Source: Amoebophrya sp. A120
Lineage: Eukaryota > Protista > Dinoflagellata
Assembly: GCA_905178155.1 (NCBI GenBank)
Contig: CAJINV010000016.1
Span: 1,393,386 to 1,457,385, forward strand
Reading direction: 5' to 3'
DNA length: 64,000 bases
The notes beneath the pieces were generated by a model that searched no databases, had not been told where the DNA came from, and saw nothing but the letters and a program-made list of their open reading frames with translations. A program made the translations under genes and the position numbers. Positions 25,928 to 36,959 of the stretch are shown one piece after another; within the stretch, counting starts at the first letter, position 1, and each line of letters opens with the position of its first letter.

Positions 25928-26679
25928 TTTGTCGGTCGAGATGAAATATCCGGGGAGCGGAGTATCAAATTGTCTTTGTTGATTAGGAGAAGAAGATCAA
26001 AGCAATCTAGTGAGCTAGAGCTTCTTTTAATTATTCTCGATGTGAGAGCAGAAAGCGGTAGCAATTGCATTCGTATATACAGAAGTATAGAAGCTTCGCT
26101 CAAACAAGATTTGCTCCGACGACCAACTCAGAAGCGATTGTGCGCTCATGCGTGACGATCGCACAGATGCGTACGCTCCAACATCTGTGCGTGACGTCTT
26201 TAAAGCATGACAATTCCACGGATTTTACTGCTCATCTTCCAACGATGAGCTGCAACAGCAACTACAGCAGCTAGCACATGCTACGATGACTCTCCCTCTA
26301 CATGTGATCTACTTCTGGGGCAGCTAGAGCGACTCGAAGCCGTCGCCATGTTATTCTTATTTCTGATTCTGAGTTTAATCACCACAGGCCGGGACGAAAT
26401 ACAACACATTTTCGCCAAGACAAGAGTTTGCAGTTGAAGTTGTAAGGACTGTGCCGACATCACATGAAATATTGGCCTTCGCGCTCGACGGACATCAGAC
26501 GAAATTATTGACTCAATTCGCACGCAGAGACACCAGACAACCAACCCTGATCACAATCGCTGCGCCGTTAAGCAAGCATACAATAGAGATAGACGGAAGC
26601 CTTGCTTCCTTCGCGACGAAGGAACAGAAACAAGGGCTGGCCACTGGCCTCGACCAAGCAAAAGCAGTTCGCATCTCCC

Positions 26680-28600
26680 GAGCGCGCCGACTGCGAGCGC
26701 GGCCGTTGCGTTTGCGACTTCCATCCAGCTATGTTGCGACAAGGCGCGCGCAATGATTGAACGCGGGCAAGGGCGGCGCATGCCCATACCCAAGCAAGCG
26801 CGCCCTCACTCCTCCTTAGGAGCAGCGCCATCGACCCAGCGCGCGACAGAGAGGCGGGCCATGCCACAGGCGCAAAGGGGTGAGGATCAGATCACAGACG
26901 GGGGCCACCCAACCAGCGGCCTTGCTAGGAGCCGCGCAGGCTGCCTGAATACACGAAACGACGGGGGGCGCCCAGCCGCGGCAGCGCGCCCCCGCCCCCG
27001 ACCCCCCGAAGCCGACGGGCCACGCGGGGGCGCGAGGGCACTAAATCAATGCACCCAAGGCTTCGCCGGATTTTGCCCCTAACGCTTTTGGGCCGAAAAA
27101 TCCACTTTATTTCTGAAATTTTTTAAAATTTCCGAGAAGGGTAGCGGGGTGGCTCTTGGACCGGGGGCGGGTTGGGGCCCGTCCTGCAGGCTGCGCAAGA
27201 AGGCTGGCGGGATTTGGGTCGCTGCCTTCGGTGCTTCGCAATGGGATGAAACAAAACACAAAGGCGCCACGCCGCACGGGCTCGGTATGCCTCAGGAGCG
27301 CGCGGGAGGCGGCGCGCAGGCAGGCATGATGGACGTGGCTGCTCGACAACGCGGGCGCTCGGATGCGTTCGAATTGAAGTGAAGAACTTCCTTTGCGTGT
27401 GGCCAAGAAAAATTTCAAAAAAGTTTCGATTTGCCCAAAAAAAGTTTGAATTTGGCCGGATAAAATTTCAAGAGGTGCGAAAAATGGCCAAAAAAAATTT
27501 CGGAAAATCGGCCACATTAGCAAAATCCCATTGGTTTTTGCAAATTGGCCACTTTCTAGAATTTTTTTCAAATTTTTTTTGCGCGCCTCTTGATTTTTCC
27601 CGGATTTTTTTCAAATTTTTTCTGCGATTTTTCCTGGCCAAACCCAAAGAGAAATCTTCTGCGGCGGCAATGCGCCACGAGGGCGCCTCTGCTCCCCGAC
27701 AGAAGAAGGCGCAACCCCACACGGATTTGCCACTCTGGGTTCTCATCACCAGCAGCGGAGGCCAAGAGATGTGGACCACCCAAGCGGGCAAGTATGCGGC
27801 ACCTGCGCCCGGCCCTCCTCTGACAAACAGGGGCGGGAACAGACTCGGGAAATGCCTCACATCGGCCAGACCGTCGGGGAAGCAAAAAAATTCAAAAATT
27901 TTTTTTTGGCTTTTTTTTTGGATTTTGTTTTTGCGCTATGTGGATTTTCCGAAATTTTTTGCGTTAGGGTGGAAATCCTGCGAACAAGGCGGAGGAAAAT
28001 AAAAGGCCCGGCCGCCCAACAAGCGCGCCAGCCTGCGACGATTCAGGCGCCCGCCCTCGTCTTCTCTTCGCCCTTGATCCACGGGCCGCCCTGCTGCACG
28101 GTGCGCGGATCGGACCGATCCACGTTCCCGAAGCTGCCCGAAGGCCGCCAGGGCGGGGGCCGGCGCGCGGGCATGGCCGGGGCCGGCGGGCGGGCAACGT
28201 CCGCGGCCCCGCTCGGCGCGCGGCGATTCCCACCGCGCTACCTGGGCGGCCAAGGAAAGGGAGGCCGCCGGCCGGCGGTCGCTGGCTTGGAGCACGCCGG
28301 GCGGGCCGCCGGCGCTGGGTCGGGCGCAGCGAGGAGGGCGGCGCGGGGCGTCCCCCGGCCCTGCAAAGTAAGTAACCCAGGCACCGCGGCCGCCGCCACT
28401 GCCTTGCCCTAACCAATTCGACCACGCGCCGCCACTGCCTTGCCCCTGTCTAGGGGGCCGGAAATGCTCACGGCCGGCCCTCCTGCTTGCAGGCCCGGCC
28501 TGGCGCGCCCGTCGGCGCTTCTGTGTGCGCACGTGGCTGGCGAGTCTGCTGCGCGCACTGCAAAAATGGGCCTGCGGCCGTGCGGCGCGGAAGTTTTTCA
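26680..28600. other. GC-rich, homopolymer-rich intergenic island
   Basis: GC runs flanking an A/T-homopolymer-rich core; lies next to the retrotransposon end. Confidence 0.6.
27062..27984. mobile_element. Putative non-autonomous TIR element (MITE-like), 923 bp
   Basis: Imperfect TIR ttcgccggattttgcccctaacgc / gcgttagggtggaaatcctgcgaa; flanking 6-bp direct repeat CAAGGC; inner aaaatccac/gtggatttt. Confidence 0.6.
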
Positions 28601-28754
28601 CTTGCACGAAGTTCACTATCACTGCTACACTGGACGTTCTTCCGCTTGGGACTCTCAAGCAAATGAACACTGCCAAAAGCAAAACGGCTCATCTGCGTTT
28701 CTACTTAGGTGAGTCGGGTGCTGGCTGGTGGAGGTCGAGGCTGATTGTTGCGAT

Positions 28755-29129
28755 TATAAGTTTTTATAACACTGCTCAGATAAAGGACATTCACGCACGC
28801 AGAGCACGATCTTCAAATCTCTGATCCTGAGTCTCTTTAGACTTTTCGCTCGTGTTCAAGTTATGTGGTGAACCATAAACACACGGGCCAAACAAAAACG
28901 CTGTCGTAAGCAAAGCTTACGCTCGACATTCATGAAGCTGCAATAGGTGCGGCTACGCTACCTTTAGAGCTGCATGCTGCTCGGGGGAGCTCCGTGCTTT
29001 CAGGCGGGTTTTCATAGGACACAGGGGGTCCCTAGAGAGAGTAGTTTTAGTTTTAAAACTATTTCGCAAAACCGCTAAAGCCGAAGCTACCGCGAACGTA
29101 AACTGCTTGTTTAAAGTGCAAGTAAGTTT
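28755..29129. repeat. Split direct repeat B, terminal copy (375 bp)
   Basis: Matches 38341-38715 with about 12 substitutions (manual count). Confidence 0.95.
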
Positions 29130-29278
29130 GAGTAAGAAAGGCCTCCAAACAATAAATTTGTTTTTGAAAAACGCTGGAATAGAGGATGAAATAAACAAAA
29201 AATGGATGAAAAATACAGAACAAAGAGAGAAAAATGAAGAAATCTCAAGCAAAAACATCCACCTCTCACACTCGACCA

Positions 29279-32200
29279 CTATCCGGAAAAATCCGGCAAA
29301 GTGATCTCAGGTTCTTCCACATCGATGAGATTTGGGGACTGAGGGTGGAACCCCCACAAATGATGGCTTTGAAGCTGATCTGATGTTAACTCATGCAAAA
29401 CATGATTAGGGAAAGCTGCTCGCAGGCGCCATTCAATTTCAGGTCGCGTGAGCACATCCGCGATGTTGTGAGACGAGCAGAGCCAAGCAAAATAAAAGTC
29501 GCAATCTAACCGCTGAGCCAACAAGTGAAAGCTGCGCGACAGTCTTTGCGCCAGCAGGTTGCGAGAAGAATTTCGCCCGAGGTTGAAGCAAGCACCCAAA
29601 TTATCACAATGGATGATGACGCGTTTGCCTCGGACTTTGGAACGAAAAAGCTCCACGGCAACTCTAGCTGCGAGAACTTCTAATACGGCGATACAGAAAG
29701 CACCTTTGGCACTAGGATCTTCACCGTCAAGCTTGCATGCTAGAGGAACAGACTTGAGGCGCGCTTTGAGCGCGATGCTCTTCTTGTTGTCAACAAACAT
29801 GCCACCAGTTCGCAGTTGAAACTTCTCCAGATCATCGCATTTGCCTTGACGGATCAGCTCCGCGATCTGGGGAAAGTCGGAGCCGGATGCGTCGACGTAG
29901 ATGTGGACTACTTCTCGGTCCACCCGGGCTCGTGTGATGGGAATCGGCTCGATGCGCTCAGCTACTTTCGTCGCCAAACGAATCTGCGTCGCCAGGCCCC
30001 GCCGGTTGCGCGGACGCGGGACCACGCGAGGAAATTGAGAATCCACACACCACAAGTTGAAGCCGCGCGCCAAATAGCTGAGGCGCATCGACATTTGCGT
30101 CATGTGGCGAAACAAACCGGCAAAGGATTGGACTGCGCGAAGCTGGATTTTAGTTTTCATTTCCTCCCGAAAACGATCACGGAGCCCACGCAACTTGACC
30201 AATTTTTGTTCCGGGACGACCAGCAAAATGGCTTCCAGCTTGGTGTTGAGCTCGTACCCGAGTCCCAGCACAACGATCAAGAACTGGACGCTTTGGCTCT
30301 CCTTTTTGCGAAAGCTCTGCCGCCAGCCGGACAGTTCAAGCCACAAGTCAAGCAATCGCCCATCGCTATCGGCAACTGCAGGCTTGCTGTTTCCATGGAT
30401 ATCATCGATGAACAACAACGCCAGGATGAGCAAGCCACAACAGAACACAAGCTGGAAAAGTTCTGAAATAGCCACACACTGCATGACGCTGGATAAGGAC
30501 CCGAACAAACAACAGTCCGAGGAGAACAAGACGTAGTCACGCTCTTCCTCCTCCGTAGGCGGTGCTGTTTCTTTAGCTGCTGGCGGTTTCTTTCCCTTTT
30601 TCTTGCCTTTGCCCTTGGCAGGATGGGGGACCGGAGTCGACTGCTTCGAGGAACTACTGGAAGCCCCGCTTTGCGGTAGTTCCTGTTGGTGCTGTTCCTT
30701 CGGCAAACGAAAAGGCAACGGGACCCACGCGCAGTTGTTGAGGGGCGTGTCTATGCCGCACTGGTAATAAAAACTTTTCAGGTCTCGCTTCCAACCGACC
30801 GGGCAAAAAGAGTAGTAATCGTTCACCACTTTGTTCCCCGCAAACTGCAAGGACTGAGCGGTGATCTGGCGGCGCTTATCGAAATTGTCGCGAAGCTCCT
30901 TCTCAGTAACCACGTCGCCCCTAACATCTGCTTTCCACTTGAACAGGCTGGGCGAGGAAGGGCAAGAAGCAAAACATTTCTCGATCAGCGTCACGGTGCT
31001 GCGTACGCCGATGAGGCGCGTTTTTTCTTGTGCGATCAAACGCTTACTATTTTTGCGTAGATCAATACAAGTACGCGGACGCTCAGCGGGATTACTTGGC
31101 TCGCCGAATGCATCTTTTTCCTTGTAAACAGGAAATGCCTTAGCGGCGACATAAGGCGTTTGCGAAGTTTGGAGCTGAGTGTAGTCCTGGCGGCGCCAGT
31201 AACCTTTCGCCTCCATTTCACAAGCGTCCTCGTACATCAAATCGACTTCGCGCTGCTTAGCCCAATGCGTTTTTGGCGGGTGAGGGCAGTCCACCACTGG
31301 AGTCTGCGCCGCTTCTTCCAGCTGCTCTGTGATTTTCTCATTGGCAAGGAAGTTCCAGAAGCCCGAAAGCGGAGTGTGCTCGTCTTTACTTTTGAAGCCC
31401 GCGATTAGTTGGCTGAGAATGTCCAAGATCTCAGCCTCGCGCGGCTTCAGATGAGTAGCCGTTTGCAATGCGCGACGCACCCCCGCTTGGAAAAAGAGGA
31501 AATTCTTTCCTTGGTACAGGCGTTGCAGATGTGGCGCCATGTCCTTGCGCAAAAGCTCTTCCGCCGGCAGGTAGAACTGGTGGCCATGCAGAATCTGCCG
31601 CGCTTTCTCTCGGTTTTTTGCCAAGAGCGTGTCGTCGTCGTGGATTTTCTGCCATTCGGCTGCGAATCCGGTGACCTGGACGTACTCCGGCGAAACTCCA
31701 AATTCACGCGTAGCATCAAGACTGACCCGACGACGGAAATCCTGGGGCGACATCTCCGCGCGTTCCGCTGAAGATGAGCTTGAAGGTTTAGCAGAAGCCG
31801 TCTGAAGCTCGTAGATCGGATTACTCTGGATCGCCTCCGGTGCCGGATCGCAGGCGTGCGTAGCGGGTGGCGCTTGCGTGCCGCTGTAGTGCTCGCACCA
31901 CTCCGGTTTGATGGCGACAATGTCCTGGCGCCAGTCCGGCCGGTGACCCGAAGGAAAACTCTTGCCTTGCAGTGCGAGCTGCAAGTTGCAGGTCGAGTCT
32001 GGGTCGTCCCGCGCCGAAGCTTGAATGGACAGCGGTGGCTCGCTAGCCGCTGCCACATGATGAAGAATAGTCTGTGGCTCCATAGTCGCGGACGACTTGG
32101 TCGGTAAGGACGGAGAAGTTTTTGGGGAAGCGGAAAACTCCTTGATCTCGGCACCTTCTTTGAATCCCACTTTTTTCGTTCCGCGACCCGGAGAAGGACT

Positions 32201-32416
32201 GGCCCCCCGCTTCCGCGGTGGGGTCGGTGGACGTGGTTCCAGGTCTTTGCCGTGAACGCGGTTCATGACTTTCTCCGCTTTGACCTTCGTAGGGTCGTCG
32301 AGCGGAAGCGTGGTATGCGGGCCCATACGAGCCTCCAGCTCGTTCACGCCTCGCGGAGACGCTGGACCCGTTTTAGATTTTTTAATCGGTGGTCCGCTCG
32401 GCGGTGCGTTGGTCAA
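29279..32416 (-). CDS. Reverse transcriptase / RNase H of the YR retrotransposon
   Basis: AFPVYK..RPRTCIDLR, KRDLKSFYYQ, LFGSLSS, LLFIDDI (FxDD), VLGL, SFAGL; RNase H motifs IYVDAS, IAVLEVLAA, IIHCDN, SSHNIADVLTR. The ORF start is TTG; the true start may be ATG 32639 via a frameshift. Confidence 0.92.
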   Translation of the reverse strand: MTNAPPSGPPIKKSKTGPASPRGVNELEARMGPHTTLPLDDPTKVKAEKVMNRVHGKDLEPRPPTPPRKRGASPSPGRGTKKVGFKEGAEIKEFSASPKTSPSLPTKSSATMEPQTILHHVAAASEPPLSIQASARDDPDSTCNLQLALQGKSFPSGHRPDWRQDIVAIKPEWCEHYSGTQAPPATHACDPAPEAIQSNPIYELQTASAKPSSSSSAERAEMSPQDFRRRVSLDATREFGVSPEYVQVTGFAAEWQKIHDDDTLLAKNREKARQILHGHQFYLPAEELLRKDMAPHLQRLYQGKNFLFFQAGVRRALQTATHLKPREAEILDILSQLIAGFKSKDEHTPLSGFWNFLANEKITEQLEEAAQTPVVDCPHPPKTHWAKQREVDLMYEDACEMEAKGYWRRQDYTQLQTSQTPYVAAKAFPVYKEKDAFGEPSNPAERPRTCIDLRKNSKRLIAQEKTRLIGVRSTVTLIEKCFASCPSSPSLFKWKADVRGDVVTEKELRDNFDKRRQITAQSLQFAGNKVVNDYYSFCPVGWKRDLKSFYYQCGIDTPLNNCAWVPLPFRLPKEQHQQELPQSGASSSSSKQSTPVPHPAKGKGKKKGKKPPAAKETAPPTEEEERDYVLFSSDCCLFGSLSSVMQCVAISELFQLVFCCGLLILALLFIDDIHGNSKPAVADSDGRLLDLWLELSGWRQSFRKKESQSVQFLIVVLGLGYELNTKLEAILLVVPEQKLVKLRGLRDRFREEMKTKIQLRAVQSFAGLFRHMTQMSMRLSYLARGFNLWCVDSQFPRVVPRPRNRRGLATQIRLATKVAERIEPIPITRARVDREVVHIYVDASGSDFPQIAELIRQGKCDDLEKFQLRTGGMFVDNKKSIALKARLKSVPLACKLDGEDPSAKGAFCIAVLEVLAARVAVELFRSKVRGKRVIIHCDNLGACFNLGRNSSRNLLAQRLSRSFHLLAQRLDCDFYFAWLCSSHNIADVLTRPEIEWRLRAAFPNHVLHELTSDQLQSHHLWGFHPQSPNLIDVEEPEITLPDFSG

Positions 32417-33354
32417 AATAGAGTGAAGAGGACGAAGTGGTGGGCCGGCCCCGCGGTGAAGGAGGCGCCCCCGAATGCGCTTTTCCGAAGGGGAGGAAAA
32501 GTTCCTTGCTCTGCGAGGGTGCTTTTTGCACTAGAGCAGCCTTGTACGACGCGCGCTTCGGGGATGGCGACTGTTTTCGCGGGGCAGAAGAAGACGAAGA
32601 TGCCCCCGCAAACTTGGGAGAAGAACTTCTGTCGGACATGATTTGTGAGGGGGGTTTTGCAAAAGAAATTTATTGTTTGGGAGGCCTTAGTAGTTACTTT
32701 TTGTAATGTAAGACTTGCATAAGAAAAGGAACAAAGAGCCAATAGTAGTAAAAGATTTACAGGCGTAATTGTGTGACTTTTTCATAAAAATGGATAAGAG
32801 AAACAAGGTGTAAGATTTTAGTTGGAACTAAAGTGACTCTGCGTAAATTTACAACAAAAACAGCGGGGTCCACTCCTTGGGCCCTGTTGGTATTAGCGGT
32901 TTGAAGGCGGTATCGTTTCCGATTCCCAGTCTCCGCGCGACGGTAGTTGTAAGCTCGAACGAGAAGCGCGCCGAGTTTGTTTTTGTTGAACAGAAATTTA
33001 TCTACGTGGTCGTGGATGTTCCGCGAGGTAGCGCGCGGCCATAAACGTAGGCAGTCGGTCCATGACCGGTAAGACGCCTGAGTTTTGTATTCCAAGATTT
33101 CCCGAACGAAAAAGGCATCACAAAATCACCTTGAGAGCGACAGAGTTTGTACGAATTTGGCATCGTTTACCGATTGACGTTTTTGCACAAGCTAACTGCG
33201 ACGTTGAAAAGTTCTAACTTAACTTCTAAAAGACTCTAGGGTGTGCGTTTGACCTTGTTTCTGGCTGTGTTTCACACTAGTTTTACAAAACAGTCATACA
33301 AACCCAGCGCACTACAGAATCATACAAAAAACAACTGCGCTTCCGCATGCTGTT

Positions 33355-34168
33355 TCACTCTTTGATGAATTTTTTCATCTGCTCCTCCGTCAAACCCAAA
33401 CGGAAGTTACGGCTGACCGCTTTGATGCGTTTAGCTGGGGCTTTATGGAGGTCTTTGCAGTTAGTCTTCGTGCACTTACCGCGAAGATGATTAACACACA
33501 CCCTGTCACCAGTGGCAGTGGTAGTATTCGTGGTCTTAGTGGTAGTAGAATTAGTAGCGCGACGAATTTTAGAAGGCTTAGAATCATCGTCGGTACTCAA
33601 GCGCCGCTCCAGTTGAATCGCTTGCAAAAAACAGATGCGGAGCTGGGCGGTGAGCGCGAGGGTGAGGCGACGCTGGTAGTAGGTCTCCGCCGGGAGGGCG
33701 TCGACGACCGGCAGACTCTGCAAGGAAGTGCAAGCCTTGATCTGGTCGAAGAAGATGCTCGTAACCTGTTCCAGGGATAGCAGCGCCGGGGGGTCTCTCG
33801 AAGCAAGCTCCTGTGAAATCAGGTAGCTGCGGGTAGATAGCGCCCTTGATCATATCATCGCGCTGGCGGTATTGCGGGTCGTCGGTGATCTGGAGCGAGC
33901 GGAACAGAGTAGCCGCCTCGTTCATATTCATACGACAGGTCGGCGGCGTGGAACTGGAGAAAGCTTCGCGCAAGCGCTGATTCGCCATGAGTTCGGTTCC
34001 GTACCGAAATTTCCGCCCATCAATCTTCGTCGTACAAATAGCGGCTTGGGCGGTGAGAAGCGCGGCTTGCGCCGCGTCCATCGTACCGAAACCCAGCTCC
34101 GCAGCGTGGACGTTCTGCAGCTGGATAGCCGCGACGGCGGCGTCAGCAGCACCCGGAACAGCAGCCAT
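33355..34168 (-). CDS. Gag-like protein with a C-terminal CCCH zinc finger, split by a +1 frameshift
   Basis: ATG ORF 34168-33584 overlaps a second frame open from about 33850 to 33355 containing CVNHLRGKCTKTNCKDLH (C-x7-C-x4-C-x3-H). Confidence 0.6.
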
Positions 34169-34637
34169 TTTTTTCCTCTTTTTGGTGGAAAAGAAGTAGT
34201 AAATTCAAAGACAGGCTTATTAGAATTTCGGAAAAAAAAACAAACTACTTGCTTTTTGAATTTTGAGGAAAGCGCGACCTACTTGTATTTCGAGTGGGAG
34301 AGTCACTAGTTGGGCCCTGTGGGTGAAAAAGGTTTCGGCGACAAAATGACACAGAGGCAGCAACAGCTACGAGACGCGCATCTATGCTCACCAGAATTTT
34401 CACCAGACGGTCCGAGCGATATCCATATGTGTAGCAGAACACCGAACGACATTTATTTTGGAGAAGACAGAGCTTATTTTTCGAGGACGTACAGCAGAAA
34501 TTTTTTTTTTCTTGTACGAGGCGCTCCATTTTCGATTTTTTCATTTTGGAGTCGCAGAGCGTGTTGATTTATTTCGAAGTGAGCTGCATGCTGCCGCGCA
34601 GTCATGCGCTCGCTTTTTCTTGGTGAAAAACTCGAAT

Positions 34638-36959
34638 TTATTTGGTACGAGGGACAATTGCGGATGCGAGAAATTTTTCTTCACCAGGAAGCAACCTGGG
34701 CCCATCACCATCCGCCACCAACTCGGGACTCTTGTACTCGAAGAAACCGTCGGAAAGCTTGTTGGCGGGGCGGTTTCGGTCTGCTAACAAAGTCGACTTC
34801 TTGTAACGCCAGCGCTTCAGAACAAAATCGCTTCCTGATGCTAGCCTCTTCGTCCAATCGTATTCGGACGTAGGTCCGAAGTGGAGTTGCCGCAAACGCG
34901 GCCAGAAGATTGCTACGCTGTCGGGGTAGTTTCTGGACAACGCGGCGTACCCTTCGGTGGTTGTGGTGCTGTCGTGGCGGGATAAGCGGCGGAGGTCGAG
35001 CCAGGACATGCCGCCCTCCAGTGCCGACTGGATACCCCCGATTCTTAGACTATGTCCACCGTAGTCATCTTCCGCCATCCCGTCCACCGCACCGATATAA
35101 TCACTGTTGACCAGTTGATTGAAGTTGTCGGCGATGATAAGCAGTTCTTTAGGGGCTGCTTTTGTTCGGTTTACTGGCCAGCGTCTGAAGTATAACCATT
35201 CATCCGCACCCAAGCAGCAGGCTGGACACAACTTGCATTCTAAGTAATTCTTCTCGTCCACCTCGTCGGTCTCAACTATTGGCGCATAGGGGCATGAACG
35301 CCCTAGCATGAAGCCCTCGCGTTTTGCCCCCCTCTGATTTGACTTCGATGCGAAGATACAATATTCAACACATCCGCCGGAAGCCAAACGACGAGTGCTA
35401 GGCACATCGTCCAATCTGAGGAAAGCGAACCAAACGGCGATCAAAAACCTGCAAAACCTAATCGGATGCACTCCTGCCGACGTTGCCGCCCGGCCGAGCG
35501 TGGGTAGGTCTCGTTTTTGGCAAGGTTGGATGATGAGGATCAAGTGAGAGAGTCGAGTGCCGGTTTTCTGCTGGGGCGGGGCTTTAGCCTTGGTGAGGGC
35601 TTTGAAGTGGGTCGAGTACTCGGCCCGCATCTCGTAGCTAAAAGCTTTGTGATTAGAGAGTAGGCTCTTGATGTAGCTGTAGTTCGTGGCTCTGCTCTGT
35701 TTAGCCACGTCCAACTTGAGGAAGTAGCTGCAGCACAACGCCATGGAATAACTGCTCACGCTATCAGGCAGTGGACAGAGTCCACAGTGCATGAGCAACC
35801 GGATGCGCCGCTTCTTCAGCTGGGTCCGGTAAATCCCCTGCGATTTTTCGTTTCGCAAGAACGACTCGTTGCGGATTTTCAGGGTATTTGCTACATCATC
35901 TTCCGAGAGTTGGTTAACTGCTGCGGAAATTTGCGGGCGCAACGGCGGGTCTTGTTCCCATGGGCGATCCGCTAGAACCTGTTTTTTGATGGCTTCGAGA
36001 GCCTGGCCCTCCGGTAGTTCTTCTTCCTCCGTAGTCACGCGCACTGCTAGATCTTGTTGTTGTTCCGCCTGCGTCATCAGGTGCAGCTTACGCTTAAAAG
36101 CGTTATCCGATTGCAACGCGGAAAAAGAAGTTACTGCTGGCCCGTGATTCGAGACCACACGGGCCTCCTTCGGCACTTCTTTGCACGGAACAAAAGTCGA
36201 TAACTGCAGCGACGAAGAGGAAGAAGTCGTTTTCTGTTTGTGATAAACGGCGTCAGCTGGATCCCTGATCTTATTGCCCACGCCCGAGGACAGGTTATCT
36301 TGCGTGAACGCCGCAAGATTCTGCGCCAGTAGTTTTTGCTGGGGTGCCTTTTTGGATACGACATGAGCGCTAGCTGAAGACGACAGTGCTTGAGACCAGT
36401 CCATAATAGCAGCCGGCTCGACGAACTCGCTGCCGATTGCGTCGACTAACAGTCGTTCTTCTTGTAAGTCGTCCTGCTGCCGGTCGAAAAAGATCTCGCT
36501 CCCGTTTGTATTGCGGAAAACCGGACCTACCAACATCGTCTCCGATTGTTTCTTGGTCTTTTTTGATGGGCGGAAGTGGTCGTCGAGGATCTGCTCGTAG
36601 TAACAGGTCAGCAGGCTCCTCGAAAGCTGGATCCACTTGCTCCGATACACCTTTTTTGGTACCGCATCCCGGAGCTCATCGTCTTCAAAATCAGACTCAT
36701 CGCTTTCGTCTGTTTGAATCGAGTCGAAGAAAGGACGGCGCGGGCGCTTCACTCTGCTGTGATCAAAGAAGGAAGGACGATAGGTGGGGCGCTTTTTCAA
36801 AGCTGCCTCCATCGCCAAAAACTCCTTGTCGTTGTCCTTCTTCTGTTGTGCGATGTCCTCCCTGACCTGCTTGTCTTCTTTGTAGATGCGGACCGCCTCC
36901 GAAGGAACTATTGCAGGCGCAGCTGCCTGATGCTGTTCCAAAAAAGAGATCCACGACAT
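34638..36959 (-). CDS. Tyrosine recombinase, 773 aa
   Basis: Catalytic set FLRLDD (R), SKSNQ (K), GHSLRIGG (HxxR), LSRH (H), EGYA (Y); CKLCPAC. Confidence 0.92.
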   Translation of the reverse strand: MSWISFLEQHQAAAPAIVPSEAVRIYKEDKQVREDIAQQKKDNDKEFLAMEAALKKRPTYRPSFFDHSRVKRPRRPFFDSIQTDESDESDFEDDELRDAVPKKVYRSKWIQLSRSLLTCYYEQILDDHFRPSKKTKKQSETMLVGPVFRNTNGSEIFFDRQQDDLQEERLLVDAIGSEFVEPAAIMDWSQALSSSASAHVVSKKAPQQKLLAQNLAAFTQDNLSSGVGNKIRDPADAVYHKQKTTSSSSSLQLSTFVPCKEVPKEARVVSNHGPAVTSFSALQSDNAFKRKLHLMTQAEQQQDLAVRVTTEEEELPEGQALEAIKKQVLADRPWEQDPPLRPQISAAVNQLSEDDVANTLKIRNESFLRNEKSQGIYRTQLKKRRIRLLMHCGLCPLPDSVSSYSMALCCSYFLKLDVAKQSRATNYSYIKSLLSNHKAFSYEMRAEYSTHFKALTKAKAPPQQKTGTRLSHLILIIQPCQKRDLPTLGRAATSAGVHPIRFCRFLIAVWFAFLRLDDVPSTRRLASGGCVEYCIFASKSNQRGAKREGFMLGRSCPYAPIVETDEVDEKNYLECKLCPACCLGADEWLYFRRWPVNRTKAAPKELLIIADNFNQLVNSDYIGAVDGMAEDDYGGHSLRIGGIQSALEGGMSWLDLRRLSRHDSTTTTEGYAALSRNYPDSVAIFWPRLRQLHFGPTSEYDWTKRLASGSDFVLKRWRYKKSTLLADRNRPANKLSDGFFEYKSPELVADGDGPRLLPGEEKFLASAIVPRTK

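Noticed and set aside
32757-33095. 112-aa ORF between Gag and RT
   Set aside because: TTG start and no motif; cannot be supported from a single copy
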